From an uncultured Gemmatimonadales bacterium (GTDB lineage Bacteria > Gemmatimonadota > Gemmatimonadetes > Gemmatimonadales > GWC2-71-9): a stretch of DNA of 64,000 bases. The position numbers were made by a program, and so were the translations under genes. Below are positions 32,728 to 43,056 of this stretch, in pieces. Under the pieces are notes generated by a model, which saw only the letters and a program-made list of their open reading frames with translations, was not told the origin of the DNA and ran no database searches. Position 1 is the first letter of the stretch. The number at the start of each line of letters is the position of its first letter. The stretch lies in contig CAVSQW010000015.1 of assembly GCA_963730185.1 (NCBI GenBank), positions 608,001 through 672,000 of the forward strand, written 5' to 3'.

Positions 32728-35357
32728 ATGTCCAAGCCCTTTCGTCTTCCCGACGACCCCCGGCGGGCCGGGTCGGACGTCGACCGGGAGATCGCGTTGC
32801 ACCTCGAGCTCCGCACCCGGGAGCTCGAAGCCCAGGGCCTGAGCGCCGAGGCGGCCCGGGCCCAGGCGCTGGCCTGGTTCGGCGATCGCGAGGCGATCGC
32901 CCGGGAATGCGCCGATCTCCGGGGCGACACCTTGCGAGCCCGTCGGCGGACCGGCTGGCTGGCCGAGCTGGGCCACGACGTTCGCTCGGCGGCGCGGAGT
33001 CTCCGCCGAGCCCCCGGATTCGTCCTGCTCGCCCTGCTCACCCTCACCCTCGGGATCGGCGCCAACGCGGCGCTTTTCGGCGTGGTCCGGTCGGTGCTCC
33101 TCCGGCCGCTGCCCTATCCGGACGCCGATCGGCTGGTTCAGGTCTGGACCGACGAGCGGGCCCACGGCCGCGAGGCGCCCGAGTGGCTGACCCCGCCCGA
33201 CTTCCTCGACTGGCAGCGGGACAACACCTCGTTCGCCTCGATGGCCGCCTACCAGGGTTGGGGGCCCGACTTGACCGGGGACGGCGATCCGGAGTCCCTC
33301 AGCGGTTTGGCGGTGACGGCCCGCTTCTTCGACGTGCTGGGGGTCCCGGCGGCGTTCGGGCGGACCTTCGCGGCGGCCGACGACGATGCGGGGGCCGAGC
33401 GGGTGGTCGTGCTCACCGACGCCATCTGGCGCCGGCGGTTCGGGGCCGATCCGGCCGTGCTGGGGCGCCAGCTCACCCTCGACGGTGAGCCCTGGACCGT
33501 CATCGGGGTGATGCCTCGGGACTTCCGCTCGCCGATCCCGCAGGTGGAGCTCTTCCGTCCGCTCCGCCGGCCGGCCACCTCCCGCTGCGGCCGGGATTGC
33601 ATCGTGCTCCAGGCCATTGGGCGGCTCCGGCCGGGCGTCTCGGTGGAGCAGGCCCAGGCCGACCTGGCCGCGATCGCCGCTCGGCTGGCGGGGGAGTACC
33701 CGGCGAGCAACGAGGGGCGGGGCGCCTGGCTCATCCCCCTGCACGAGCAGATCACGGGGCCGGTCCAACCGGCGCTGATCGCGCTCACGGTGGCCGTGGC
33801 CTTCGTGCTGCTGGTCGCCTGCGTGAACCTGGCGACCCTGCTCCTGGTGCGGGGCGAGGCGCGGGCTCGCGAGCTCGCGGTCCGCGCCGCTCTGGGCGCC
33901 GGGCGGGGCCGGTTGATCCGCCAGCTGGTGGTCGAGAGCCTGCTCCTGGCGGTCGGCGGCGGAGTCCTGGGGGTGCTCGGGGCGTTCGTGGTCACGGGGC
34001 TCGCCGCGACGCTGGTGCCGGCCTCGATTCGGGCCGTTCAGCCGGTGGGAATCGACCTCACCGTGGTCGGCTTCGCCGCGCTCCTCGCCCTCGGCTCGGG
34101 GGCGTTGTTCGGGCTCGCGCCGGCCCTGCACTCCGTGGGACGGAACCTGATTGCCTCGCTTCGGACCGGTGGCCGGACCGCCGTGGGTCGGACCGGGCGG
34201 CTCCGGGGCGGCCTCGTGATCGCCGAGCTCGCCCTGGCGGTCATGCTCCTGGTCGGAGCCGGTCTTCTCCTCCGGAGCTTCCTCGCCCTGGAACGGGTCG
34301 ACCTCGGCTTCCGGACCCAGGGGCTGGTGGCGACCAACGTGGCCTTTCCGCGGGCCCGGTACCCGGAAGCGGCGGGGCTGGAGACGGCGATCGGCCAGCT
34401 CCTGGACCGGCTCCGGGCGAGCCCGGCCATCGGGGCCGCCGAGGTCACCGACGTCCCGCCCCTTACGTCGGGCGGCGACCAGGACATCGACGCGCGGCCC
34501 ATCGGCGAGCCTTCCGAGGATCATCTCCCCAGCCTCTGGTATCGGGCCGTGTCGCCCGGGTACCTCGACCTGATGGGCATGCGGGTGGTCCGGGGGCGCG
34601 GGTTCGTCCCGACCGACCGGGGCGGCTCGGCGCCGGTCGCGATCGTCAATCAGGAGACCGCCGATCGGCTCTGGCACGGCGCCGATCCGGTCGGCCGTCA
34701 GTTGGCGGCCGGGGCAGCCGGGTGACGGTCGTCGGCGTGGTCGCCAACGCCCATCACGACGGCCCCAATCGGCCGGTCAAGCCCGAGCTCTTCCTGCCGG
34801 TCGGGCAGGTGCCCGCCCGGAGCTTCTCGGTCACCCTCGATCCGGCCCGCGGCCAGGCCGCCGCGCTCGACGCCTTTCGGGACGCTCTCCGGGCGGTCGA
34901 TCCGCTGATCCCGATGGGGCCGGTCACCGCGCTCGATCATCTGGTGTCGGAGACGGTCGCGCTCCCCAAGCTCTATGCCGGGTTGGTGGCCTCGCTGGCT
35001 GCCGCCGCGCTGGCGCTGGCGGCACTCGGGGTCTTCGGGGTGATGGCCTACGTCGTGACCCTCCGCCGCCGCGAGATCGGCGTCCGGCTCGCGCTTGGCG
35101 CGAGGCCCGGCGCCATCCGGGCGCTGGTCCTGGGGCAGGGTGGCCGGTTGGCCCTGATCGGTGGGGCGCTGGGGTTGGTCGGGGCCGCGCTCCTGACCCG
35201 GCTGCTTCGAGGCCTCCTCTTCGGAGTGAGCGCCCTCGATCCGGTCACCTTCGCGGGGGTCGCGCTGATGCTGGCCGGGGTCGCGTTGGTCGCGGCCTGG
35301 CTCCCGGCAACCCGGGCGATGCGGGTGGACCCGCTGGTCGCCATGCGGGAGGAGTGA
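32728..35357 (+). CDS. Duplicated orphan ABC permease (ADOP/MacB-like), frameshifted near 34700-34725
   Basis: TLTLGIGANAALF, LLVACVNLA, RELAVRAALGAGRGR; continues in another frame as VTVVGVVAN...RRREIGVRLALGA...ATRAMRVDPLVAMREE. Confidence 0.9.
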
Positions 35358-35580
35358 CTCCGGACGAACCCCGCCAGCCGATCGTATCTCTCGACCGGCC
35401 ATCGTCTTAGACGAGGCTTCCCCGGGGTGTGAGCCACCCCATCCGTCCATAACTTGTTCCTGAGGCAGTAGGCCACTAACTTGACTGGCTCGTCAGCCTC
35501 GGGAACTAGTCCCTTGGCTCAACCCAATCCTCAAACCCTGATCGGCCCCGATCGGGTGGTGCGCCCCGGGAAACCCTTCT

Positions 35581-37341
35581 ATGTCCTCCAAGTCACATTC
35601 CGGTTCCGACGCGTTTTCGACGGCTGCTGGCCTCCGGGTCAGGAGCGACCTCTACGACGAGAGCTACTCCGACGAAGAGTACGAGAGCATGCTGTCGTTG
35701 TACGACGGCACCATGGCGCAGATCGCCGAAGGCGAGATCGTCAAGTCGAAGGTGCTCCGGATCACCGAGAACGCCGTCATCCTCGACGTCGGCTTCAAGT
35801 CCGAGGGCTCGGTCCCGCTCGACGAGTTCAAGGAGCGCCCCGCCGAAGGTGACGAGGTCGAGGTCTTCCTCGAGCACCTCGAGGACCACGAAGGGGCGGT
35901 CGTCCTTTCGAAGAAGAAGGCCGACTTCATGCGGGTCTGGGAGAAGATCCGCGTCGCCTACGAGAACGACGAGCCCGTCGAGGGCACCCTGATGAAGAAG
36001 ATCAAGGGTGGCGTGGTCGTGAGCGTCATGGGCGTCGACGCCTTCCTCCCGGGCAGCCAGATCGCGCTCCGCCGGGTGCCGAACATCGACGAGCTGCTGG
36101 GCCAGAGCTACGAGTTCAAGATCATCAAGCTCAACAAGCGCCGCCGGAACATCGTGGTGTCGCGCCGGGTGATCCTGGAGAACGAGCGGGCCTCCAAGCG
36201 CGAGCACCTGATGAAGGAGCTCGAGGTCGGCCAGATCCGGAAGGGCGTGGTCAAGAACATCACCGATTTCGGCGCCTTCATCGACCTGGGCGGCGTCGAC
36301 GGCCTCCTCCACATCACTGACATGTCCTACGGCCGGGTGTCGCACCCGACCGAGCTGGTCCAGATCGGCAAGGAAGTGGAGATCAAGGTTCTCGACATCG
36401 ACTGGCAGCGGGAGCGGATCTCGCTGGGCATGAAGCAGCTCCAGCCGTATCCCTGGAAGGACATTTCCGAGAAGTACCCGGTCGGCACCCGGGTCCAGGG
36501 CAAGGTCGTCTCGATCACCAACTACGGCGCCTTCGTGGAGCTCGAGCCGGGGATCGAGGGCCTGGTCCACATCTCCGAGATGAGCTGGACCCGGAACGTC
36601 CGGCACCCGTCCAAGATCGTCTCCATCGGCGAGACCATCGAGGCGGTGGTGCTCAAGGTCGACGAGCAGGAAGAGAAGATCTCGCTCGGCATGAAGCAGA
36701 CCGAGCAGGATCCCTGGATGGTGCTGCCCCAGAAGTACCCGATCGGCACCCGGATCCAGGGCAAGGTCCGGAACCTCACCAGCTTCGGTGCCTTCGTCGA
36801 GATCGAGCCCGGGATCGACGGCCTGATCCACATTTCCGACATGTCATGGACCAAGCGGGTCCAGCACCCGTCCGAGGTGGTCAAGAAGGGCGACACCGTC
36901 GACGTGGTGGTCCTCAACATCGACGCCGACAACAAGCGGATCTCGCTCGGACTCAAGCAGGCCGAGGAAGACCCCTGGCTCTCGATCGGGGAGAAGTACC
37001 CGGTCGGCACCGCGGTTCGCGGCCGGATCGCCCGGATGATGGACAAGGGCGTCGTGGTCGATCTCGGTCACGACCTCGAGGCCTTCGCCCCGATGTCGCA
37101 GCTGATGCACGACAACGTGGTCAACCCGGCCGACGTGGTGCAGGAGGGCCAGGTGGTCGACACCGAGGTCATCGAGGTCGACCCGATCCACCACCGGATC
37201 GTGGTGGGCGTCCGGGCCTATCCGGAGGACGAAGAGGGCGCCCCGCCCCGTCAGGTGGCCTCGGTGGTTCCGCCCGACGATACCGAGGGTGGCTCCGACG
37301 ACGGGGCCGACCCGGGCGAGGCGAAGCCCGCGGCCGAGTAA
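35581..37341 (+). CDS. rpsA: 30S ribosomal protein S1
   Basis: DVGFKSEG, AFLPGSQI, repeated S1 domains (FGAF.DLGGVDGLLHITDMS; GIEGLVHISEMSW). Confidence 0.98.
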   Translation: MSSKSHSGSDAFSTAAGLRVRSDLYDESYSDEEYESMLSLYDGTMAQIAEGEIVKSKVLRITENAVILDVGFKSEGSVPLDEFKERPAEGDEVEVFLEHLEDHEGAVVLSKKKADFMRVWEKIRVAYENDEPVEGTLMKKIKGGVVVSVMGVDAFLPGSQIALRRVPNIDELLGQSYEFKIIKLNKRRRNIVVSRRVILENERASKREHLMKELEVGQIRKGVVKNITDFGAFIDLGGVDGLLHITDMSYGRVSHPTELVQIGKEVEIKVLDIDWQRERISLGMKQLQPYPWKDISEKYPVGTRVQGKVVSITNYGAFVELEPGIEGLVHISEMSWTRNVRHPSKIVSIGETIEAVVLKVDEQEEKISLGMKQTEQDPWMVLPQKYPIGTRIQGKVRNLTSFGAFVEIEPGIDGLIHISDMSWTKRVQHPSEVVKKGDTVDVVVLNIDADNKRISLGLKQAEEDPWLSIGEKYPVGTAVRGRIARMMDKGVVVDLGHDLEAFAPMSQLMHDNVVNPADVVQEGQVVDTEVIEVDPIHHRIVVGVRAYPEDEEGAPPRQVASVVPPDDTEGGSDDGADPGEAKPAAE

Positions 37342-37358
37342 CGGCCTGCCGGACACGT

Positions 37359-37402
37359 CGAAGGGGCGGGGGACTACCCGGTCCGCCGCCCCTTCGCCGT
37401 TT
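37359..37402. terminator. Hairpin after rpsA, between convergent genes
   Basis: cgaaggggcgg...ccgccccttcg stem; weak T tail. Confidence 0.5.
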
Positions 37403-37498
37403 GGCCTCTGGTCTTCGCCGGCGAGGCCGGCGTCGCGCTCTTTCCGTTCACACTCCTGGTCCTCTGGGGGGTGGAAGCCCCCCCGCAGCGACCTGTCC

Positions 37499-37552
37499 TC
37501 CCGACTCCCTCTCCCACTCCCCACTCCCCACTCCCTAGGCTCCAGTCACTAT
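37499..37552. repeat. Heptamer tandem repeat (TCCCCAC-type) ending in tccctag-gctccag-tcactat
   Basis: tcccgac tccctc tcccac tccccac tccccac tccctag gctccag tcactat; terminus matches the 21967-22006 arm. Confidence 0.8.
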
Positions 37553-38076
37553 TCCGTCTCCACTCCTAACCCGTCCGCGATCCGATTGACGAACGCGAAG
37601 TACGCCGTGATCGCGCAGAGATCGTGGATGGCCCGGTCGTCGTATCCGTGGCCCCGGAGCCGAGCCACGTCGTCCGCGGTCATGGTGGAGGGCTCACGGG
37701 TGAGCTTGACCGCGTAGTCGAGCAGGGCCCGGTCGCGTGGGTCGAGCCCGGCCGAGCGGTAGTCGGCCGCCACCCGGCCGACTTGGGCGTCAGCCTCCGC
37801 TCGGGAGCCGCCGCTGAGCTGAAGGATCCGACGGAGCCCCGCCCCGTGGTGGTGGATTCAATACCGGCACCCGTTGGTGGCCGACACCACCAGCGCCACC
37901 AGCTCGCGCTGCCGGGGCGCCAACGGCCCGGGCCCCCGCATCAGCTCGACGTACAGGTCGTAGTGGTGCCGCATGGTGGCGGGATGGACCGCGTGGATCT
38001 GGATGATGTGGTCCGGATCGGGCACCCGCTCCTCGGGGGCCAGCTCCGCCTCGGGTCGATACGGAATGAACGCCAT
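37549..38076 (-). CDS. AhpD/CMD-family peroxidase-related protein, probable selenoprotein (C70-x-x-U73; TGA at 37858-37860)
   Basis: [24 protein letters not shown] continues in frame to [11 protein letters not shown]...[27 protein letters not shown]-like hairpin after the TGA. Confidence 0.88.
37826..37857 (-). promoter_or_regulatory. Candidate bacterial SECIS element
   Basis: UGA-AUCC-accacc-ACGGGGC-GGG-GCUCCGU-c-GGAU; G-rich apical loop about 17 nt after UGA. Confidence 0.65.
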
Positions 38077-38144
38077 CGGATCTCCAAGGGCCGGCATCGC
38101 CCCGGCCCGCCGCGAGGGAAGCCCTGCATGACCGCCCCAGCCCC

Positions 38145-38213
38145 TCCATCCCATCCCGACTCCCCACTCCCGACTCCCTCCCCACTCCCCAGTCCCCAAT
38201 CACTAGTCACTAC
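38145..38213. repeat. Heptamer tandem repeat (TCCCCAN/TCACTAN)
   Basis: tcccgac tccccac tcccgac tccc tccccac tccccag tccccaa tcactag tcactac. Confidence 0.85.
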
Positions 38214-38229
38214 AGTACATTGCCGCCCT

Positions 38230-39783
38230 ATGCCCAATCCCCGTCAGCTCTTGGACGAGCTTCTCCGACGTCAGGCCGAGACCGAGCAGGGCGGCGGCGC
38301 GAAGCGAATCGCGCAACAGCACAAGAAGGGTAAGCTCACCGCCCGCGAGCGGCTCGATCTTCTCCTCGACGAAGGTAGCTTCGTCGAGATGGATCGGTTC
38401 GTGGTCCACCGGGCCACCGATTTCGGCCTGGCCGGGCAGCAGATCCCCGGCGACGGCGTGGTGACCGGCTACGGCCGGATCGAGGGCCGCCTGGTGTACG
38501 TCTTCTCCCAGGACTTCACCGTGTTCGGGGGCTCTCTCTCCGAGACCTTCGCCGAGAAGATCTGCAAGGTCATGGATCACGCCGTCCGGAACGGCGCGCC
38601 GGTGATCGGCCTCAACGACTCGGGCGGCGCTCGGATTCAGGAGGGGGTCGCGTCGCTCGGCGGCTACGCCGACATCTTCCTTCGGAATACCCTCGCCTCC
38701 GGCGTAGTGCCCCAGATCTCCGCTATTCTGGGTCCCTGCGCCGGCGGGGCGGTGTACAGTCCCGCCATCACCGACTTCGTGTTCATGGTCCGGGGCGTGA
38801 GCTACATGTTCGTGACCGGCCCGAACGTGGTGAAGACCGTGACCCACGAGGAGGTGTCGTTCGAGGACCTGGGCGGCGCCGACGTCCACGGCGAGACCTC
38901 GGGCATCGCCCACCGGGTTGCTCCCTCGGAGGCGGAATGCCTGGCCTCGATCCGTGAGCTCCTGACCTACCTCCCCTCCAACAACGTCGACGACCCTCCG
39001 CCCGGTGACACCGACGATCCCGCCGATCGCCGCGAGGAGCGGTTGCTGGACCTGATCCCCGAGTCGGCCGCCAACCCGTACGACATGCACCAGGTCATCG
39101 GGGCGGTGGTGGACCACGGGCGGTTCTTCGAGATCATGCCGGACTTCGCCGGGAACATCCTGGTCGGGTTCGCCCGGCTGGGCGGCCGGTCGGTCGGGAT
39201 CATCGCCAACCAGCCGGCGGTGCTGGCCGGGGTGCTCGACATCGCGAGCTCCACCAAGGCGGCCCGGTTCGTCCGCTTCTGCGATGCCTTCAACCTTCCG
39301 CTGATCACCTTCGAGGACGTGCCCGGCTTCCTGCCCGGCGTGGCCCAGGAGCACGGCGGCATCATCCGGCACGGCGCCAAGCTGCTCTACGCCTATTGCG
39401 AGGCCACCGTGCCCAAGCTCACGGTAATCACCCGCAAGGCCTACGGCGGCGCCTACGACGTGATGAGCTCGAAGCACATCCGGGGCGACGTGAACCTGGC
39501 CTGGCCCAGCGCCGAGATCGCGGTGATGGGGCCCAAGGGCGCGGTGGAGATCCTCTTCAAGGACGAGATCGCCGCCGCCGCCGACCCGGCGGCCGAGACC
39601 CAGCGCCGGATCGACGAGTACACCCGGACCTTCGCCAACCCGTACAAGGCGGCGGCGCGAGGGTTCATCGACGACGTGATCGACCCGCGGGACACCCGGC
39701 CCCGGCTGATCGACGCGCTCCGGATGCTCCGGAACAAGCGCGATCGTAACCCGCCCAAGAAACACGGCAACATCCCGCTCTAG
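38230..39783 (+). CDS. pccB: Acyl-CoA (propionyl-CoA-type) carboxylase, carboxyltransferase subunit
   Basis: [54 protein letters not shown]. Confidence 0.92.
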   Translation: MPNPRQLLDELLRRQAETEQGGGAKRIAQQHKKGKLTARERLDLLLDEGSFVEMDRFVVHRATDFGLAGQQIPGDGVVTGYGRIEGRLVYVFSQDFTVFGGSLSETFAEKICKVMDHAVRNGAPVIGLNDSGGARIQEGVASLGGYADIFLRNTLASGVVPQISAILGPCAGGAVYSPAITDFVFMVRGVSYMFVTGPNVVKTVTHEEVSFEDLGGADVHGETSGIAHRVAPSEAECLASIRELLTYLPSNNVDDPPPGDTDDPADRREERLLDLIPESAANPYDMHQVIGAVVDHGRFFEIMPDFAGNILVGFARLGGRSVGIIANQPAVLAGVLDIASSTKAARFVRFCDAFNLPLITFEDVPGFLPGVAQEHGGIIRHGAKLLYAYCEATVPKLTVITRKAYGGAYDVMSSKHIRGDVNLAWPSAEIAVMGPKGAVEILFKDEIAAAADPAAETQRRIDEYTRTFANPYKAAARGFIDDVIDPRDTRPRLIDALRMLRNKRDRNPPKKHGNIPL

Positions 39784-39791
39784 GAACCGGC

Positions 39792-41300
39792 ATGGCCCGA
39801 CCCGTCATCACCCGCGTCCTGGTGGCCAACCGGGGCGAAATCGCGCTCCGGATCATCCGCGCCTGCCACGAGGAGGGCCTCGAGGCGGTGGCGGTGTACT
39901 CCGACGCCGACCGCTACGCTCCCTACGTCCGGGCCGCGGACGCCGCCGTGGCCATCGGGCCTTCGGCCCCGGCCCAGAGCTATCTCGACATCGCCCGGAT
40001 CGTCGGCGCCGCGCGGGAGGGCGGCGCCCAGGCGATCCACCCCGGGTTCGGCTTTCTCTCCGAGCGGGCGCCGTTCGCGGAGGCGGTGGAGCAGGCCGGG
40101 TTGGCGTTCGTGGGGCCGCCCGCCTCCGCCATCCGGGCCATGGGCGACAAGACCGAGGCCCGTCGCCGGATGCAGGCCGCGGGCGTGCCGGTGGTGCCGG
40201 GCGCCATGGCCGCGCTGGAACGCCCCGCCGACGGGATTCCGCTCGCCCGGGAGATCGGCTACCCGGTGCTGGTGAAGGCCGCCGCCGGTGGGGGCGGGAA
40301 GGGCATGCGGGTGGTCCGGGAGGAACGGGAGCTCGAGTCCGCGCTTCAGGCCGCCTCGTCGGAGGCCCAGAAGTCGTTCGGTGACCCGGCCGTCTACCTC
40401 GAGAAATTCATCGTGCGGCCCCGGCACGTGGAAATCCAGGTACTGGCCGATCACCAGCGCACGATCCACCTGGGAGAGCGCGAGTGCTCGGTCCAGCGGC
40501 GCCACCAGAAGCTGGTCGAGGAAGCGCCCTCGGTGGCGGTCACGCCCGAGCTTCGCGAGCGGATGGGCGCGGCCGCGGTCGCCGCCGCCCGGGCGGTCGA
40601 CTATCGGAGCGCGGGCACCTGCGAGTTCCTCCTGGCCGACGACGGGCGGTTCTATTTCCTGGAGATGAACACCCGGATCCAGGTGGAGCATCCGGTCACC
40701 GAGCTGGTCTACGCCGTCGACCTGGTCCGGGAGCAGCTCCGGATCGTCCGCGGCCTGCCGATGACGGTGGCCGAGGGGCCGCTCAGCCCCCGGGGCTGGG
40801 CGATCGAATGCCGGATTACCAGCGAGGATCCCGCCAACGGCTTTCTGCCCACCACCGGGCGGATCAGCTATCTCCGAATTCCGGGCGGACCGGGGGTCCG
40901 ATGGGACAGCGGAGTCGAGACCGGCGACGAGGTGACGCTGTTCTACGACTCGATGCTGGCCAAGCTGATCGTCCACGCCGCCACCCGGCCGGACGCGATC
41001 CGCCGGATGGTCCGCGCCCTCCGCGAGCTGGTGGTGGTCGGCGTCGGCACCAACCAGCCCTTCCACCTCCGCCTCTTCGACGACCCCGCCTTTCAGGCCG
41101 GCGAGATCGACATCCAGTTCCTGGACCGGCGGTCGGACCTGGTTGGGGCACCGCCCTCCGACCAGCTGGTGGAGCGGCTGGCAATCACCGCGGCCCTGGC
41201 CGACGACGAGCGCCGCCGCTCACGGAAGCCGCTGGTGGCTGACGGCGACGACCGGCCCGGTCGATGGCTGCTCGCCGCCCGGCGCGACGCGCTCGGGTGA
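39792..41300 (+). CDS. accC: Biotin carboxylase subunit
   Basis: VLVANRGEIA, IHPGFGFLSE, KAAAGGGGKGMR, ERECSVQRRHQK, FLEMNTRIQVEHPVTE. Confidence 0.93.
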   Translation: MARPVITRVLVANRGEIALRIIRACHEEGLEAVAVYSDADRYAPYVRAADAAVAIGPSAPAQSYLDIARIVGAAREGGAQAIHPGFGFLSERAPFAEAVEQAGLAFVGPPASAIRAMGDKTEARRRMQAAGVPVVPGAMAALERPADGIPLAREIGYPVLVKAAAGGGGKGMRVVREERELESALQAASSEAQKSFGDPAVYLEKFIVRPRHVEIQVLADHQRTIHLGERECSVQRRHQKLVEEAPSVAVTPELRERMGAAAVAAARAVDYRSAGTCEFLLADDGRFYFLEMNTRIQVEHPVTELVYAVDLVREQLRIVRGLPMTVAEGPLSPRGWAIECRITSEDPANGFLPTTGRISYLRIPGGPGVRWDSGVETGDEVTLFYDSMLAKLIVHAATRPDAIRRMVRALRELVVVGVGTNQPFHLRLFDDPAFQAGEIDIQFLDRRSDLVGAPPSDQLVERLAITAALADDERRRSRKPLVADGDDRPGRWLLAARRDALG

Positions 41301-42559
41301 AGCCCCCGGCGGGAGGCCCGCCCCGGCTCGCGACCCTCACCATCGACCGGATCGCGGCCGGGGGTGACGGGGTGGGCCGGTTGGCCGACGGCCGGGTGGC
41401 CTTCGTGCCCCGAACCGCGCCCGGCGACCGGGTGGACATGGAGCTCACGGCGGAGCGGCCCCGATTCGTCCGGGGCCGGGTTCGCGAAGTGATCGCGCCG
41501 AGCCCGGATCGGGTCGAGCCCCGCTGCCCGCACTATGTCGCCGACGGGTGCGGTGGCTGCCAGCTCCAACATCTGGACGCCGAGGCCCAGCGGGCCGCCC
41601 GCCGCGCCATCGTGGGAGACGCCCTGCGCCGGCTCGGCCATCTCGACGTGCCGGACCCCGAGCTCGAGGTCGGCCCGACGGACTGGGAGTATCGGACCAA
41701 GATCGCGCTCGCGCGGGATCGTCGGGGGCGGATCGGATTCCATCCGGTCGAGCAGCCCGGCCGGGTCTTCGACCTGACGCAGTGCGAGATCGCGGTGCCG
41801 GCCCTCAACGCCCTCTGGGCGGAGGTGTCTCGCCACCGGCGCCTCCTCCCGATCGGGCTGGAACGGCTGGTCCTCCGGGTGGACCGTCGCGGGGGCGGGC
41901 ACGTGATCGTCGAGACCGTCGGCTCCGACGCCTGGACCCGGGGCCGCGAGCTCTGGCGCGCCCTCGGTGAGGGACCGGTCACCGTCTGGTGGAAGCCAGC
42001 CGACGGGGCGGCCCGGGCCGTGGCCGGGAGCGAGACCGCCTTTCCCGCCACCGCCTTCGAGCAGGTCAATCCGGCCCTCGGCGATGCCGTCCGCCGGTAC
42101 GCCGTGGACGCCCTGGGCCAGCCGTCGGGGCTCCGGGCCTGGGATCTCTATGCCGGAATCGGCGAGACCTCGGACCTCCTCGCGGAGCGCGGCGCCCGAG
42201 TCCAGAGCGTCGAGGTCGACCGGTGGGCGGTGGAAGAGGCGGAGCATCGACAGACGGGGCGGGAGCTGGTGATCGATCGGCGGGCCGGGCTGGTGGAAGC
42301 GGTGCTCCCGGAGCTCGATCCCGCCGACCTGGCCGTGGCCAATCCTCCCCGGGCCGGCCTGGCGCAAGCGGTGGTGGACGGTCTGGCCTCCCGGCCGCCC
42401 CGGCGGCTGGCCTACGTCTCCTGCGACCCGGCTACCCTGGCCCGGGACCTGGCCCGGCTGGTCGGGGCGGGGCCCTTTCGGCTCGACGCGGTGCGGGCCT
42501 TCGATCTCTTCCCTCAGACCGCGCACGTGGAAACCGTGGCGCTCCTGGAGCGGCGATGA
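41297..42559 (+). CDS. TRAM-domain RNA (uracil-C5)-methyltransferase, RlmD/RumA family
   Basis: GDGVG...FVP...PGD, CPHY...CGGCQLQH, FEQVN, DLYAGIG, NPPRAG, YVSCDPATLARD, DLFPQTAHVE. Confidence 0.92.
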   Translation: MKPPAGGPPRLATLTIDRIAAGGDGVGRLADGRVAFVPRTAPGDRVDMELTAERPRFVRGRVREVIAPSPDRVEPRCPHYVADGCGGCQLQHLDAEAQRAARRAIVGDALRRLGHLDVPDPELEVGPTDWEYRTKIALARDRRGRIGFHPVEQPGRVFDLTQCEIAVPALNALWAEVSRHRRLLPIGLERLVLRVDRRGGGHVIVETVGSDAWTRGRELWRALGEGPVTVWWKPADGAARAVAGSETAFPATAFEQVNPALGDAVRRYAVDALGQPSGLRAWDLYAGIGETSDLLAERGARVQSVEVDRWAVEEAEHRQTGRELVIDRRAGLVEAVLPELDPADLAVANPPRAGLAQAVVDGLASRPPRRLAYVSCDPATLARDLARLVGAGPFRLDAVRAFDLFPQTAHVETVALLERR

Positions 42560-43056
42560 AGTACTTCGTGGCGATCGCGGGCCGGACCGTCGAGGTGGAG
42601 ATCGACGGCGACCGGATTCGAGTCGGCGACCGCGAGGTCCGGGCCGAGCTCCGGACCCTGGCCGGCACGCCGGTCCGCAACCTCTTCGTGGATGGGGAGT
42701 CGTGGATCGTGTCGGTCGAGGGGGGGCGGCCGAGAGAGTGGCTGCTGGGCCGGCGGGGGGAGCGGTTCGAGACGGAAGTCCTGGACGAGCGGACCCGCCA
42801 CATCCGGAGCCTGGTGGGCGAGGGAGCCGCCGCTCAAGCCGTCCCGGTCGTCAAGGCGCCCATGCCGGGTCTCGTGGTTCGGGTGCTGGTCGAGCCTGGC
42901 CAGGAGGTCGCGGCCGGCACCGGCCTCGTGGTGCTCGAGGCGATGAAGATGGAGAACGAGCTCAAGGCCGTCGGCCCCGGGGTCGTCGACGAGATTCTGG
43001 CGACCCCCGGGCAGGCGGTGGAGAAAGGCGCGGTGCTGGTCCGCTTCAGGGTTTGA
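42556..43056 (+). CDS. Biotin carboxyl carrier subunit of acyl-CoA carboxylase
   Basis: APMPGLVV...VLEAMKMENEL biotinylation motif. Confidence 0.93.
   Translation: MKYFVAIAGRTVEVEIDGDRIRVGDREVRAELRTLAGTPVRNLFVDGESWIVSVEGGRPREWLLGRRGERFETEVLDERTRHIRSLVGEGAAAQAVPVVKAPMPGLVVRVLVEPGQEVAAGTGLVVLEAMKMENELKAVGPGVVDEILATPGQAVEKGAVLVRFRV

Noticed and set aside
37858..37860. Genome-wide UGA reassignment (Trp or Gly)
   Set aside because: TGA terminates many genes correctly here (pheS, rny, folD, mreB); only this site aligns with a catalytic Cys
21866..38213. CRISPR interpretation of the repeats
   Set aside because: Units are 5-7 nt tandem repeats or inverted arms with no unique spacers, and there are no cas genes
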